Shown here one piece after another: positions 34,561 to 49,451 of a stretch of DNA of 64,000 bases. The notes under the pieces are model-generated. The model saw only the letters and a program-made list of their open reading frames with translations. It was not told the DNA's origin and did not search any database. Numbering within the stretch: the first letter of the stretch is position 1; every line of letters begins with the position of its first letter. The position numbers and the translations under genes were made by a program. Source of the stretch: Azolla caroliniana (lineage: Eukaryota > Plantae > Polypodiophyta); assembly GCA_043228905.1 (NCBI GenBank), contig JBHGNT010000015.1, positions 6,882,001 to 6,946,000 on the forward strand. Direction: 5' to 3'.

Positions 34561-37500
34561 GAATGAACCAAATGTATACATTAAAAGAGCTAAGAATAAT
34601 TTCATCATAATCGGTGTTTATGTCGATGACTTACCTCTACTTGCTAACTCACTCACCTATCTACAAATCGCAAAAAAGGAACATCAACAAGCTTTTCCAA
34701 TAACTTACCTTGGTCCAATCAAGTATTTCCTTGGAATGAACCTACAAAGACATCATACCAAAAGAACCATTTCTCTTTCTCAAACTCAATACATTGAAAG
34801 TGTATTAAAACAGTTTGACATACTACTTTGCAAGCCAATTTGTACACCCATCACAATTCCATGCAAGTTATCAATTGAAGATGCTCCTAGAATCATCCCA
34901 GAACGAGAAGAGATGCTCAATGTTCCTTACAAGAAAATCCTTGGGTGTATACGCTACCTTGTTAGTTGTGCACGTCCCGATTTATGTTTCAATCCAGGAA
35001 TTCTTTCGAGATGTATGTAGGATCCCAGACCGAAACATTGGCAAGTGTTAAAACGACTATTGTGTTACCTAAAACAAACTAACAATATGGTGTTAACTTA
35101 CTCAACATCGCAATCAGATTCCCTCAACATGAACCTTGAAGATGGACCAATCCATCACAATTATTTGGATGGACGAACTACAATTGGGAGAGAGAAATTG
35201 ATGGTTGTAAGTCAACAAGTGGGTTCGTATATTGTCTTGTTGGAGCCACTATAGCGTGGAGATCTAAGAAGCAAACAACGGTTGTGTTATCCTCAACCAA
35301 AGCCGAATATGTAGTTGTCACACTTGCTACTAAAGAAGGAATATAGATTCATTCTATACTTGAAGAACTCAACTTCTTCACGACTCCAAAGCTAATCCTT
35401 CATTATGATAATCAATCATGTATAAAGCTACCTTGTAATCCAAAAATGAGTGATAACATTTGACATGTCTCTTTCAAGAATCATTTTCTATGAGACTTAA
35501 TCGAACAAAAGAAGCTAAATTTGACGTACGTGCCTAACATCCTCCATCTTTCTTCCTTTGTCCTCCACTTGAACTTGGTGGGGATTCACCACCACTATCC
35601 TTGCAAACAATGTCATGGTATATGTGTTGCTTCAAATCTAATCCCTAGTCTATCTCAATTTATTCGTCCCAACTTTCCTTTTCCTCACAATTTCCATTGG
35701 TTTTTTCTAAAATTCAAACGCAAATTGGGAATTTAGAACCTTTACTCCAAAAGTTTCCGAATAGTAAATGACCTTACTCTGTTTGGTTGCAACGTGATCT
35801 TCCACCAACGTTTTCACTCAACCTTTTCCAAAATTCAATTGTAGACATTAATTTGTCTTAGTCAAGTGGTTCTTCCCATCTTGGTAAAAGTTCTTACTTG
35901 TATCTAGGGTGTTTTTGTGACAAACAATAGAACAAACATTGTGTATGTGTTTGAGGTTCATGCCATGTAAGGAAAGTTGTAAGTTAATAATGAGCACTTG
36001 TAGGTATTCACTCTTTGTTTTTATTGTTAACACAACCTTTTATTTATGTGGGAATGTTATCATAAGAGCTCGTGGCTAAGTGAGTTTATGATGTCATTAT
36101 TTTAGGAGAAAGTTGATGGTGCACCTAATCTTTTTCTAGAAAGATGAGGAATTATTCTAATCAACAAAATGACAAACACCCTTGCATGAGACTTGAAACG
36201 ATGACCTAAGCCTACAAATCATAACCTTTACACACACACATTCATGAACTCAAATTAAGGTTATTATTAAAAGTTCATTTTCACTTAATCTAGTAGATAT
36301 TGAGTGGAGGGCTCAAATATATCAACATTCTTCTCATATACAATGGACCCTACCAAATATTCACAAATGGAAGTGCTTTTGTTTGCAACATTGGGTTAAA
36401 CCCATTCTTTTAGGAGTGAATGGTTAGTGTGCATTATCTCAAACTAAACATATTTATAAACAAGAGAACAAATCATATGTCATAATTGGAGATTTGGGCC
36501 CTCAAGTTGAGGTTTAAATTGACATGCTTTAGAAACATACTTTGATATAGTCCTAAAACTAACAAAATTTATAAAAGTTAATTCAACTCTTAAGGTAGGC
36601 CATGTGAAGATAGTAGCCGAAAAGGGAATGGTAATCTTCATTAGCTAGTACATTGTGCAAAAGGATACAACATCATGGGGATATACAACTACATAACCAA
36701 CTCATGATCATGATGCCTGCATTAACACAAGTTTGTGGCCATTGCAACAATGGGACGAGTGAACATACCACAATTCCTCTTTATGAAATCGACAATTCAA
36801 TCCGTATTTCATATCAATATCGATAGATATAAAAGTGTGTTTGTCACCGTAACGTGAGTGATTAGCTGAATCAGTACCACAACCAAAAGCATTGTATTCT
36901 TCCTTATGAAGATAAATCGGTTATAACCGAATTCATGCTTTATGGTAGGCCCCAGGAATGCACCATTTTTACCTCCATCAAAATGAAGACCATTGTTCAT
37001 GCTCATGTTAGTAACTACTCTTTTAACTGTTCTTATGGTAAAGTGTTTAACGAGTGGGGAATTAATTAGTTGCTAATCCGGTTATTAATTAGATGTTATG
37101 AGGGTTATTTGCCCCTTGAACGAAATTAGCCCGCTTAACTACTCATAAACATAGAGCCCACCGCAAAACGAGACTTAGAACAGCTCGGTCAGTATCCTTA
37201 TCATTAAAGGTTACAAAGCCGACACAATCTTGAAGGCTTCAGTGTCAACCCTGTGTATTAATTCGAAACTCATAAGAATTTCTGTATTATGTTAATCAAC
37301 AATTTTCTGGTCTAATAAATTTGAAGTTTTTTTTACAGATATATAATCTATTAGATAACTCGAATATTAAATATAACTATATGGCATGCATAAAAGACTC
37401 ACAAATAACAATAAATTAAGTTCAAACATACAACTAATAACATCATTAATTGAGCTTCACTGTGGTAAGGCTGAGGGTTAATCTCGAATCGAGTTGGAAT

Positions 37501-38017
37501 CTCAAATGATAAACCAATGACCTACTTTCTGAAGTAGAGTTGTTTGTTATATTGTCGTTAACTAAAATCTGGAACAGTCATTGTTAAACTAGTTGTTAGA
37601 TAACATATTGTCATATTATTGTTGTAACGTTATGCATGCTATAATATACAACTTTTTCAATGTGGTTTCATAATTTCATATAATCATGTAGTGAATGTGA
37701 GAGATCCAATTCTATTGTAATTAGAATTTATAACGGTAAGTCAATGTAAGTGTTTGAAATCGCCTCCATTAAATTACATTTAGATTAATGTGGCAAACAA
37801 CATAATTATTTTAATTGTCGGTATTCAACTCCGACATTCCGTGGTAGCATTCATTACACAGCCAAGATTTTGTCCACAATATTGGTTTGTAACATATCCA
37901 TGGAAGGTTGTTTTTATTTCTAACGTACCGCGCATGTTTTATCAATTGCATAGATACATTGTTGTTGTCGGATATCATAGAAACTGGAAGATAGAATACC
38001 AACTAGAACATTAAAGG

Positions 38018-38054
<37 letters not shown>

Positions 38055-39154
38055 TGTTAATTGATGTTAATCCATTCACTCATCTGGAGTTTGCCAGAAT
38101 TTGCAATGTCACTTTCCTATAATATGTGTGCTCTTGTTTTAATGAAACTGTACTTAACAAGTAACACTCAATACGTCAGATGTTTCAAACTTTCAAGCAT
38201 CTTTTTCTTTTCTTTTGTACACGTATATGTATAATGCGAGTGAAACCCATAGGGCATTACATTACCGTTTCTTTGTCTGATACCCATTCGGCTTGACTTT
38301 GATCAAGAGTAACTAGAATCGAATTCGAGGATTACTACAGGGACTCTTATATTTATGAGATGCGAAGTGTGGCTCATGTGTGACAAGTTTTATCTTCAAA
38401 AAAAAAAATCCTTTTTTAACTCTTCCCAAAGAAGACAGGGACTTCTTAAGACTTTTCGAGGTTGTGGTAATTATTAATAAAGGGAGGAAGGATGTGCCGA
38501 ATGGACGACGGAATGAAAGAGAGAAGTTTAGCCCATGTGGGGAGGGGGGAACATGTAATGATTTGGGATTTGGAAGGGACACATTTACCACCACCACCAC
38601 AACAACAACAATAACAAGACATAATATTATTTTGAGTAGTAGTGCAAGCTTTGAAAAGCTGGTAGCAAGCAGAATGGGTATTAATGAAGCAGTGTGTAGC
38701 AAAGGTACAAGGAAATTAAAAAGAAAAAGGAAAAAGAAAGAAAAGAAGCTCAAGAAAAGGACGTGTGTGTCTGTCATTAAGAATCATATACAAGGATAGA
38801 CATTAATGCCAAAGGTTAGTTGATGATCATGATGGTTTGATGCTACTCATACATATAGTAGTAGTATACAAGTCTCTAAAGAGAAGAGGAGAAGCAGCAA
38901 GCAAGCAAGCAAGCAAATATGAGGAGGACAGAAGAAGAGTATTCCTTTTTTTGTTTTCTTTTGTGGTTTGGTCTTGAATGAAAGGGGGAGGAGTATCTCC
39001 ACCACAACCACTAGTACTTACTACTAGCAAGACAAGACAGAGAATCATTGCAATATTAATAATGATAACATGTATATATATATATATGTAAATGTAAATG
39101 TATGTGTGTAAGTATGTATGTTGTAGTAGTAGCATTCACATGTTGACTTAACTA

Positions 39155-39185
<31 letters not shown>

Positions 39186-42100
39186 TTTAATTCATTCTCT
39201 CCTTTTTGCTTTCTTGCTTTTTGCTTTTTCTGTATCTTTCTTTTTTATTTTACTCATGAGTCATCATGATGATGATTACACTGCAGGTCCAATGTCAATC
39301 TCATTTGACCCTTCCCTCTCTCTCTCTCTCTACAGAGCAGAGTATGTACATACATACAACCCAATACCATACATACATTCTATTATCTGTTCCATTGATT
39401 CCCTAGGTTTAATAATAAACTTGTATTAATTTAAAACTGTATGTAGCGCCAAATCCTTCTTTATCTCTCTCATGAGATGCTGCAGTAACGAATTAACCTG
39501 CACCTGAAATATACATAAATATACGATACATACAATACAATACAATACATACATACATACAATGTAACAATACAATACATACAGCGAGAGACAGACAGAG
39601 ACAGACACGCCTTTCCTCCTCCTCCTCTTCTTCTTCATCTTCTTCTTCTTCTCCCTGCTTTTCCATCCTTTTCCCTGATTTTACCGTCCTCCTCTTCCTT
39701 TTCCTTAAACCATCGTTCCTTTCTTCCTTCTTCCTACGTCTTCAATTTCTTTCGCTCTCAAAGCGTGCAATGACGAACGAAGACGAAGAAGAAGAAGGAG
39801 GAGGAGGAGGAGCAGAGCTCATCCATCGTCGACTATGGTACCATGAGACCGTTTCAGAATCATTCAATAGTATGCCTCATATACATACATCGATAGATCA
39901 ATCTCTGTTCTGTTGAGTCTGTGTGACTCCATACGCTCGTCATGGCTGCATACTATTCATCGTTTGTTAGATACGTACCTCTTGGCTACAGAGATGAGAG
40001 AGTGTGAATTCTCTCAGCTACTACATTCCCAATAATAGGCCTCTTTAGAGACGATAAAAAATACACTTACTTACTACTTTCTATAATGTGTCGCCCACGA
40101 CTCCCTAGCTATCGATTTTCGATTACTAAAACATGTGTTACCCACCCCAAACTATGTTTTACTAGTTTAATCAACGTATTTCACTCTACACAAAGTCTGG
40201 TTGTCCCAATCGTACTCCGATGCACTTCAAACTCATGGTCCGTAATATCGTGTGTTTCGAGGTCTTGCACTATTCATGATACCATATTGTTTCGCACTTT
40301 ATGTTTTGGCATATCATCTTGTACATTACTACGATGACGCATCCAGACTTTAACCTAACTTACCTATACTTAGAGGGGCGAGGGTGCATTCATTCCTCAT
40401 ACCTTGCTTTTATCTCCAAAAGCTTAGCAAGCTCATGGTTGGCCTGACTTGTCTATACCAATAGAACTCTTTCCAAGATTGAAGATGTCATGTACATTAT
40501 TTGTATTCTTGCACAACCATAATAATATTGTATAGTTTTTCCATGATATATGTCCTCAAGCACTACTCTATCTTTGAGGACACGCATATGCATATACCTA
40601 GGAATACACTTAGTGATCAGTCTATGCATTATAATCTTTTGGAGAAATCAATCAAGTACGTGATATGGTTTGTGCCTATCATATTCCACCACAATTATTT
40701 GCATTTGTAAGTTTGGCATGCGTACAGGGTATATTATTGTTATCATTTAATATTGTACATATACATAGACGATATATACCTCTATTACACAAGTCAAAGT
40801 ACCATATTATGGCTATATAGTATATTTATAAGCATGTGACACAAACATTTCTTGTAAAAGACCACAAATTTCTCGAAAACCATAATCATTCTCCATTATT
40901 TCCATAGATGTCCTTGGTTAGCCAACAAAGCGGATAAGAAAAAGGCCCAAAAAAGTGGTTTGCGAATAGAGTATATCATTGATCAAATAACACACAATTG
41001 GAAAAAAGAACAGATGAAAGATGAATTGACCATGTGATAGCTCAATTTTATAATTACTCCAAGGAGGTTAGACTAGTAAGGGAATTTGGCAATTACGGGG
41101 AAGTAGAGAAAAAATCAAGGGTATTTAACAGTTTTGTCCAACAATTTACAATGAACCTTCCCAATTTTGGATTGGTCAATCCCACTCATGACCCATGTAG
41201 CAAGAAATACCCAATTAGATGTGAGAACGGTCACTTCATAGTTGGGACCACCATTGTATAGTCATCCATGGGCAAAAGGTGGTTCCACACTGTTATCATC
41301 ATCAATGATGCACATACATGAAATACTACGCATCCAGTTTGCATGAGTATACGTTAGACGAATACTACACATTATTTTATAAAAGCTGACACATCAACGT
41401 AGCCTACCCTAAACATAGCTTGAAAACCCGAATAATATGATATATATTAAATGTAATTTCATTTTGACATATTGATCCACATTACCTATTTCAGTACAAT
41501 GAGTGTTATGGCTCTGACAACACCAAGCATCAATGTCATACTTCGGGTTTATTTATTATTAGAGTTGAATACAATTACATACCTTTCTAGCTTGTGAATC
41601 ATGTAGGCTATGTCTGAGAATCGCATTGTTAACACCAAGATGTTATGAAAAGTAGAGTGCAATAATATTGTGAGCAACCTTGTCCTTCCTGGAAAAGGTG
41701 ATGTGCATATATATTTGTAGCTTTGCATGTGATAGACTACTTCATGTGCCTTGACATAAACGGTATTGTTGAGGTCTATGCTAGATTATTGTGCCAACTT
41801 CTCATCATGATTTTTATTAATTCCATTAGGTTATGATGGTATCTTTGGTCTTGATCACACGAGAAGTAATGATGTATCAAATTTTCTATCCTTAAACCTT
41901 TCATCATTTACCTATTATTTGTCTTCTATACTGCTCAAGCTATCTTATAACATCAAAGAAATTTCCAATTCAAAGTTTATGCACTTAACATTCATCTAAT
42001 TATCATCCATGATCATGTAGAGATATGAATTTCACTGCAATTATCGTGAATATTGGTTTTGGATGACAACACTAAGTCTAACGAACCCCTATGGTAAAGT

Positions 42101-42429
42101 AACTTCCTTTTGTAATACTGTAATTCCAAGCAAAACTTTTCTCGATGTGAAAATTAGTAGTGGACAACTATAGAGCGTACAGGCAATGGACTGCCTTTCA
42201 TAGCTAGGGTCACTGTATGAACGAATAAGGGACTCTGTTGCACAATTACCTAGATTAAGTAAAATAGTAATGATTTTGATAATATTTTGAGGGATGGGTA
42301 CTAAGTTGTTTTCATCTACCCCTACCAACCTAACATGCACAATGAAAGTCCATCACAACTTGTACGAAAATTGAGATTTAAAAATCTTACATACAATTGG
42401 CCATAAACAACCATTTAACTAATACCCTT

Positions 42430-42900
42430 AACAATATTCAAAAGTTATAAATGGAATCAAATTTGAAGTTTGGCACAACTTTAAAAACTACGAGCTAGCT
42501 ACTACTTGGTTGACACCACTAGAATGTTGGCAAGGTTGGAAAACATAAAATGTGTTCAAAGAACTCTATTCAAGCTCTAATCTATCCATCTATATATATT
42601 ATGGCACAATAGTTTGCCTTCCACTTGGACAAAAAGCCCATTAGCTTAGGGAAGCCGGTGGTATCCATCTGCATATTGTCAGATACAATTAGCTTGAACT
42701 ATTTCTGGGCAATATGAGTTAATAAAAAATAAGGTTTTATTCAATGCCAAAGAATATCTAACCCCCATTCAAGATTGATATACTTATTACACCCTCGTGT
42801 CATGATAGAAATAAAGGATTTTTTAGAGGTTCTAAAATATAAGAAAATTGTATACCTCATCTTCAATAAAGAAATGAAGTAACGATGATTAATACTATTT
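42430..42900 (+). mobile_element. Highly degenerate L1-type LINE ORF2 C-terminal remnant
   Basis: WAI*V...NKVLFN resembles the WxIWxxRNxxxF motif; otherwise very decayed. Confidence 0.3.
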
Positions 42901-45786
42901 CAAAAAGGTTAGAAAGGAGTGTAAAAGACTTTTATTTTTGAGAGATTCATTGCAAGAACATCAAGAATTAGACGACAACTAGACGAAAACAAACAACTCC
43001 ACCCCAAAGTCAAAGACAATTTTCGATCAATGCAAGTTCAAGAAGAGGAATCTCATGAACTCATACACTGAATTATCAAATATGAAAGGTCACAATTACT
43101 TGAAGTCTTAATCTAAGAGGTTGTTTGGATAACATAAAAGGTGACACTCTAAGCTGAATTACAACAATTGAAGTTTCATGGTACATAGTACAAACATATA
43201 CTTTATATGCGAGTTTTTAATAAGGTAGTGGAGTTTTACTTTACACCAAATATTTAATTAAATGGATAGATAGAACTTAAAAAAGGGGATGTAGGTAACA
43301 AGTATGTAAACTAATTTCTTGTAAAGCCTTAGAGGATGGTTTCTTAATACTAATGTAGTATCCTTCCATGCAAGAAAAAGAAAAAGAAAAACATGAAGGT
43401 TTTGCACTCTAACTATTTGATATAGCCATATCCTCATTTCAATTAATGGGACTAATTTTTAAAATTTCCCCAAATTATAATTCATTATAAGCTCAAATGT
43501 AGCACTGAAACTGATTCTAAATAATTCTCTCTCAAATAAAAGGAAAGAGGCATCTAAGTTCAGAGAACATTAGTTGATGATCATAGATAAAAGTTTCATA
43601 ACACAACTGCAAAAGAATCGTCCTAATTGGGTATTATTTAATTAAATGATGATGCCACAAAGATCTTTCCAGTGATAATAGGTGTTTCTTACTGCAAGTA
43701 TGAATATTGGAGTCTAAAACATTCCTAGTATGAAGGTTTATTTTATCAATCTACGACATATTTCAACCATCTATTAAAATGGACTACAAGAAACAAATAC
43801 ATACTATCATGGGTAGTACAACAACCTGAAATGAATGATTCATTTATAGTTATCCTTTGCTAATCTATTACCCTTTACCAAGTTGTTAACATACCCCACA
43901 ACTTTTTAAGATGTAAAATAGAATTTGACCGTCAACAAAAAAAAAAAAAAAAACTTCACTATGCCAAATTCAGATGTGATGTCATGATCAACAAGAAAAA
44001 TTAGAGTGCGACAAATCCATGGACGAAGATGTTAACGAAAAGCATCTCTACCCATACCAAAGATCAATCTATGCTATCGACCACAAACCAAAATACTTAT
44101 TGTGACGAACTCATTCAACGTTGTGGATGATGTGCATTGGTTTTTATCACATTAACTCATTAGCCGACACATATATTGAGGCATGTTGTTTGCAAACATC
44201 ATAAAATCATAGCCAAATGGCGAAGATAGCTTCATTTTCTCCTATACAAGTAGGATTCCACACCAAGCACCATGTTTGCAAAGCTCTTTCTTCATATCAT
44301 ATTGTGTCGCACAGACTTTGATTTCTAAATAATCATGTTTCTCTCAAAAATTTAACGCAATGTTATCTTCTGAATATCGATATTATATATATGGTTCACA
44401 ATGCTATTAGATTGCATTAAACATTTGTAGTATGCACAAATTAGAGCAAGTTTCAACACAGTTGCCATAGTGCATCCAACAATATATTTATTAAAAATCG
44501 ATGCATCAAGAACATAGTAAAGTGTCCTTGAAGAAGCTAACATAGTTTATAACACAACATGATCTAACCCTGATTAATTTCCTTAAGGCCATGCACCGAT
44601 GAAGATGAAAGACTGGAACTATGTCATGTTAAATAAGCATATTATGAAACTATTGTCTTTATATACTAGTGAACTAGCAATTGTTCTAGGTTCATCGAAC
44701 AATTTTTTATTTTTTATTTTTACAGTTCATCAAACAATTGCGAGAAGGATTGATAAAAATGAATAAACCTTCCACATTTTGCAAACCTTCACTCCTTACA
44801 AACACGAGAAGGATTGATAAACATGGATAAACCTTTTACAAGTGACCTTTTATTATTACACTTTAACAAATTTTCAAGGCAACCAAAAAATATATTAAAA
44901 GAAGTTGGCAGGGTTTCTCACTACAATTATGCAAACATACTCAGTTAAATGTGTCACTAACCTCAATCAAAGATTTCATGAATAAATGATGTGTCTCAAT
45001 AAGCTACAGAAAAAATACATTGATATGAAACCTCGGGTTGCTTTTATTGTTAGATTTTGCTAAAACAACGGTCATTAAAAGCATCATTAATGCATTGGTA
45101 CTAGAAAATTCAAGCGAATTTGGGCGACAACACATTGACTTGTAGTTGCCACTCCCTCCATCAACAATATGGTTGGTCGTCAACTTCTCATGATGTGACA
45201 TGTGAAGGTTTTGTATTGATCGTGATCAGGATCTGAACCCACCATCACCTACATCTCTTCCTTGTGTTTAAGTCTTGGATCTGGGTTTACCTAGGATGTT
45301 AAAGAAAGCATGATCCTTCCCCAAATGGTGGCACCAACATGCAGTATGCTTTTAATTAATATGCTCTTCTATGTTAGTGATTCATGCTTTTTAAAAACAT
45401 AACCATCAAAGCAAACAACTCCTACAAACACCTCACATTATAAATAACGTAACATTATAATTATTGAATAGAATGAAACCAACGGCCTCGATGTGGATGC
45501 CAAAAAAGGAAGAAGCTGAAAGGCAAAAAGCAAAACAGAGGAAGAAAAAGAAGAAGAAGAAGAAGCATTTCAACACCTCCCAACGTAAAACGTACACACG
45601 TACGTTCTGGTGTGGTCGATGAGATCGAAGAGTATCAACACAGGAAAAGGAAAGTGAAGGCAGGCAGGCGCAGGGCCATTCAAAGGAAAGCCATTCTATC
45701 CATACATAGAATCATTTATGTATGTATACTCTACACCGATATATACATATCGATAGATAGATCTATCTATCTATATATATATAATG

Positions 45787-45826
<40 letters not shown>

Positions 45827-47356
45827 ATGTATGTACATATGTATATATATGTATGTATGTATGGTCATGGTGAGGAGTCAGAATATATATGTAAAAATAT
45901 ATGTATAGATATATTCCTAGTATGCAACTTACTTCATTTCATTACATCAATGTAGCTTCGACCAACACACCTGACACACACACACACACACACACACACA
46001 GCCTAGTGTTTCCATTTAATGCCTGTTTTCTATTCCTTTAAAATTTTATAGACATAAGCAGTAAGTACTGAAATTTATGTTGGTATGGATAGGATAATGT
46101 ATTCTTTGTTGTCTTTTTTCCTTCAACACACGAAACACAGACATAACGAGTTATTCTTCTTCAACAGGAATGAAATTAATGAATGACTGCATGTACATAT
46201 ATTCTTTCTTTCATCCTGATGCGGCCATGTGAGTTATTTAGGTGATATTCTCCGCCCCCTTGAAAGCCAGCCAGCTAATTAGTTGGTCAGCCAAGTCAAG
46301 ACAAGACAAGTCAGGTCAAGTCAGTCAGATAGTTACTAAAGTAGGTATGGAATTAGATGGTGATTTTCTAGATACAATAAGAATATATATATATATATAT
46401 ACATACGGATAGAAGCTGCTCGTAGTCCAATTCTGGAAATTTAACTGTACTCTAGTCTCAATTTGCGGATTGTACTTTAGTTAATTGATATAATAATAGT
46501 TATATCTATATTTATATATACATGCTTGATTGTGTATGCATGTTGAACCCTAATTAACTTTTAGGCTCACCATAATGTGGTTAATTAACAGACGATTGAC
46601 GTGTTGTCTGCACCACCCCCTTGAACGTAGACAGACATTCCATTCACTACCAGTATTTGGTACTCTGCAAAAAGCTTGTGAAATGCATGCATTGAACGAA
46701 TTCGTTTTAGAGTTTAAATGTTTTTAAGGAACGGATCCGAAAATATATATTAAATGTCATGCTTTCAAGCACAGCTAATATTATAAAAGGCAGACAAGAG
46801 TTTAGATATAGAGTTGAATTAACACGTAATTTAGTTAGGTAATTATCGAATTAAGGCATGTATACATCATTCATTAGCTTCCACCACAACTGAATCAGAT
46901 GATTGATATGCATTTCTGTCAGCATGCTTAAATTCCCTTTCTGAATCAGATTAAAGAAAGATAACAAAAAAAGAGGTTATTTAAATAAATACTTGAAAAC
47001 AGTGAAGATATATATATATATATATACGTATGGTGAAGAATACATATGCTCACTATTAAGAATTTTGGCTAGACTCAAATTGATGAAGCAGAAAAAGGGG
47101 GAGGGGGGGGGGGGGGGGAACCTTAGAATCATAACTCAAAGTTTGAAAATCAAACGCACAAGCTATAATTAGTACATTAAATCACTATATACTAATTACT
47201 GAAATATATATATATATATATTGAGAGAGAGAATTACGTGTGCCAAACCTTCTTCGCATGTGTGTTGCTGGATTGGGGATTTTCTGTGATCATGATAATA
47301 TTAATCTTATCAGATCCCCCCACCAAAATATTGAAGAAGAACAGTGTGAGGAATGG

Positions 47357-47582
47357 TTTGCATGTTTTCCCACAGCTTTCTTGAGCTTGGCACTCCATGC
47401 AGAGCTTCAAGAGCACACATCAATGTCTGTCGCCTGCAGATGTATCGTGATCATCATCATCAAACGTAAGAGATCATAATTTGATGATCATACATTCACG
47501 ACTTCTGATGATGATCAAAGACAGATGGAAGGCGGAGGACATGAGTAGCATGTTCAAGAGAGTTGTGGAAAAATAAGCAAAA
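47357..47582 (+). ncRNA. MIR396: MIR396 family precursor hairpin; predicted mature 47368-47388, star 47552-47572
   Basis: TCCCACAGCTTTCTTGAGCTT differs at 2 of 21 positions from canonical miR396b (UUCCACAGCUUUCUUGAACUU). It pairs with GTTCAAGAGAGTTGTGGAAAA. G:U wobbles work only on the plus strand, and the stem extends on both sides of the duplex. Confidence 0.92.
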
Positions 47583-47991
47583 ACTCCCATTAAAATCAGG
47601 TGGAAGGAGCAATGGATGGATGAGCAGGGGGGGGGGGGGGGGGAGAAGCCTAATTAAATTAATAAGTTCTGTGGATTATGAATGTAATTAACTCTGGTAT
47701 AGCAAATGTAGACAGAATTAATTGATAACAGTTAAAGATGAAGGGAAGTAGTCATAGTAGTAGTAGTAGTAGTAGAAGAAGTAGTAGTAATAGAAGAAGA
47801 AGAAGAAGAAGCCTATATATATATATCTATTACATATAGTTGATGGAAATGGGGGAAGGTGAGAGATAGAAGATGAGGAGCAGATGTATATATACACGCA
47901 TTTGACGTTTACTCTCATCTCTCTCTCTCTCTGTCTCTCTGTCTCTCTCTAGACTCGGATCTCTGTCTCTCGCTCTCTAAGACTTGCATCT

Positions 47992-48055
47992 TGACTGACT
48001 GACGGACTGACTGACGGACGGACTGACGGACTGACTGACTGACGGACTGAGACGG
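47992..48055 (+). repeat. Compound (GACT/GACG)n tetranucleotide repeat
   Basis: TGACTGACTGACGGACTGACTGACGGACGGACTGACGG... Confidence 0.9.
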
Positions 48056-49417
48056 TGCCCATCTTTTGCATGGGTGATGATAACTGTGGTGGTGGCGGTA
48101 TCATTATGCATTTATTGTATTATTAGCATCATCATCATCACCCCTTCTGAACCTTCTTTTAATGATCCCCCCTCCCCCCCCCCCCCCCCCCAAACACTTC
48201 CAAAACAAACAGCAATAATATTAATAACTGTGTGTATGCTGATTTACCTACAACTTGAAAACTTCCTCTTCAATTTCCTACCTCTGTTTTATACACATGT
48301 ATATAAATATTTATTCATCGTATATATTTATAGAGAGAGACAGACAGACAGACAGAGAGACAGAGACTCGGAGAGAGAGACGGAGACATATAATTATGAT
48401 TGTGTAGAATAAGGACGGAAGAGGAATGATGGCATCTCCTGAAACCTAACCGAGTCTTCTTATATTATATATGTATATATAACCTTTCCACCTCCATCCC
48501 CTTCTTCATGCATTTTTATTTACAGAAGCTATGTGAGCTGGCTTACACCTCCTCGGAGAGTCTAGGAAAGCTCTCCCTAAGGTTGAGAGAGATAGAGAGA
48601 CTGAGAGAACAGAGAGGTGCAGGGTTGCATTGTCAGAAGAAGAAGAAGAAGAAGAAGAAGGGATTGGCTGTTTGGGTGGGGGTGGTTTAGCGTTTAATTT
48701 GCACAACACAATTGCTTCTCCCTTTTTAATATATGTAATGTAGAAAAGAGCATTTAATACCCATACATATATACCTACATATTTTGCAATCTCTCTCTCT
48801 CTCCTAAAGTTAAAAAACCATGGTCTGTTTTCACCCAACTGTGTAAAAAAGAAAAATAAAAACAAAGAAGGAACTTTGTCCCTCATGTCTTGATGATTCT
48901 TAATGTGTGTGTGTGTGTGTGTGGGTGAAAGTGAGATGGATGGAATCATCATGACTTCTAGGACCTTTTGGAGCTGGACTCATTTATATTATTGCAAACA
49001 ATCTTTACTATACATGCCACCATTTCGTACCCACAAGAGGGGAGGAGGAGGAGTTAAGTCTTTATAATTCCTTAGGGAGTATATGCCATCATCTCCCCTT
49101 CCCTTTTTATCTTCATATTTATTGCTATCTCTCATATTATAAATATTGTTTGTCGTCGGATACCCATGTAATCTCTAAATTTTACATCGTCCATTGGTGA
49201 CTTCACAGGCTCAATAGCACCTTCATTTCTACAATGTAATGATTTCACATCCACACTTGCCTCATCTATGTATTTGAATTTACTACAAAATTGTGCATCA
49301 GTCACTCAATACGCATCTACACACATTATATAACTTACACATGCTCTACGCTACACACCCTCTCTCTTATTTATTTACACCACTCACATCAAAGACATGT
49401 GCACACATATTATACAA

Positions 49418-49451
<34 letters not shown>

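Larger units (their letters stand above)
21400..35540 (+). mobile_element. Old Ty1/Copia remnant D (integrase-RT linker, RT, RNaseH), split by Copia E and a hAT MITE; own sequence is about 21400-21680, 33235-33897 and 34561-35540
   Basis: TIREALSGIDGPKWRAAMEEEM, GELKEEIYMQQP, GVYVDDL, LGPIKYFLGM, ARPDL, SKKQTTVVLSSTKAEY and DNQSCI motifs. No LTRs were confidently identified. Confidence 0.8.

Noticed and set aside
36040-36400. Possible PPT and 3' LTR of Copia D
   Set aside because: The purine tract is weak and there is no partner LTR or TSD to confirm it.
38313-39135. ORFs of 102-154 aa, including hydrophobic ones resembling secreted peptides
   Set aside because: They are built from microsatellites and A/T runs; there is no domain or codon-like structure.
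43960-44600. Possible MULE/SWIM remnant (KELCKH on the minus strand)
   Set aside because: A single short motif in decayed sequence is insufficient for a call.
47240-47479. ORF overlapping MIR396 as a candidate miPEP
   Set aside because: It has a non-ATG start and runs through the hairpin; nothing in the sequence supports translation.
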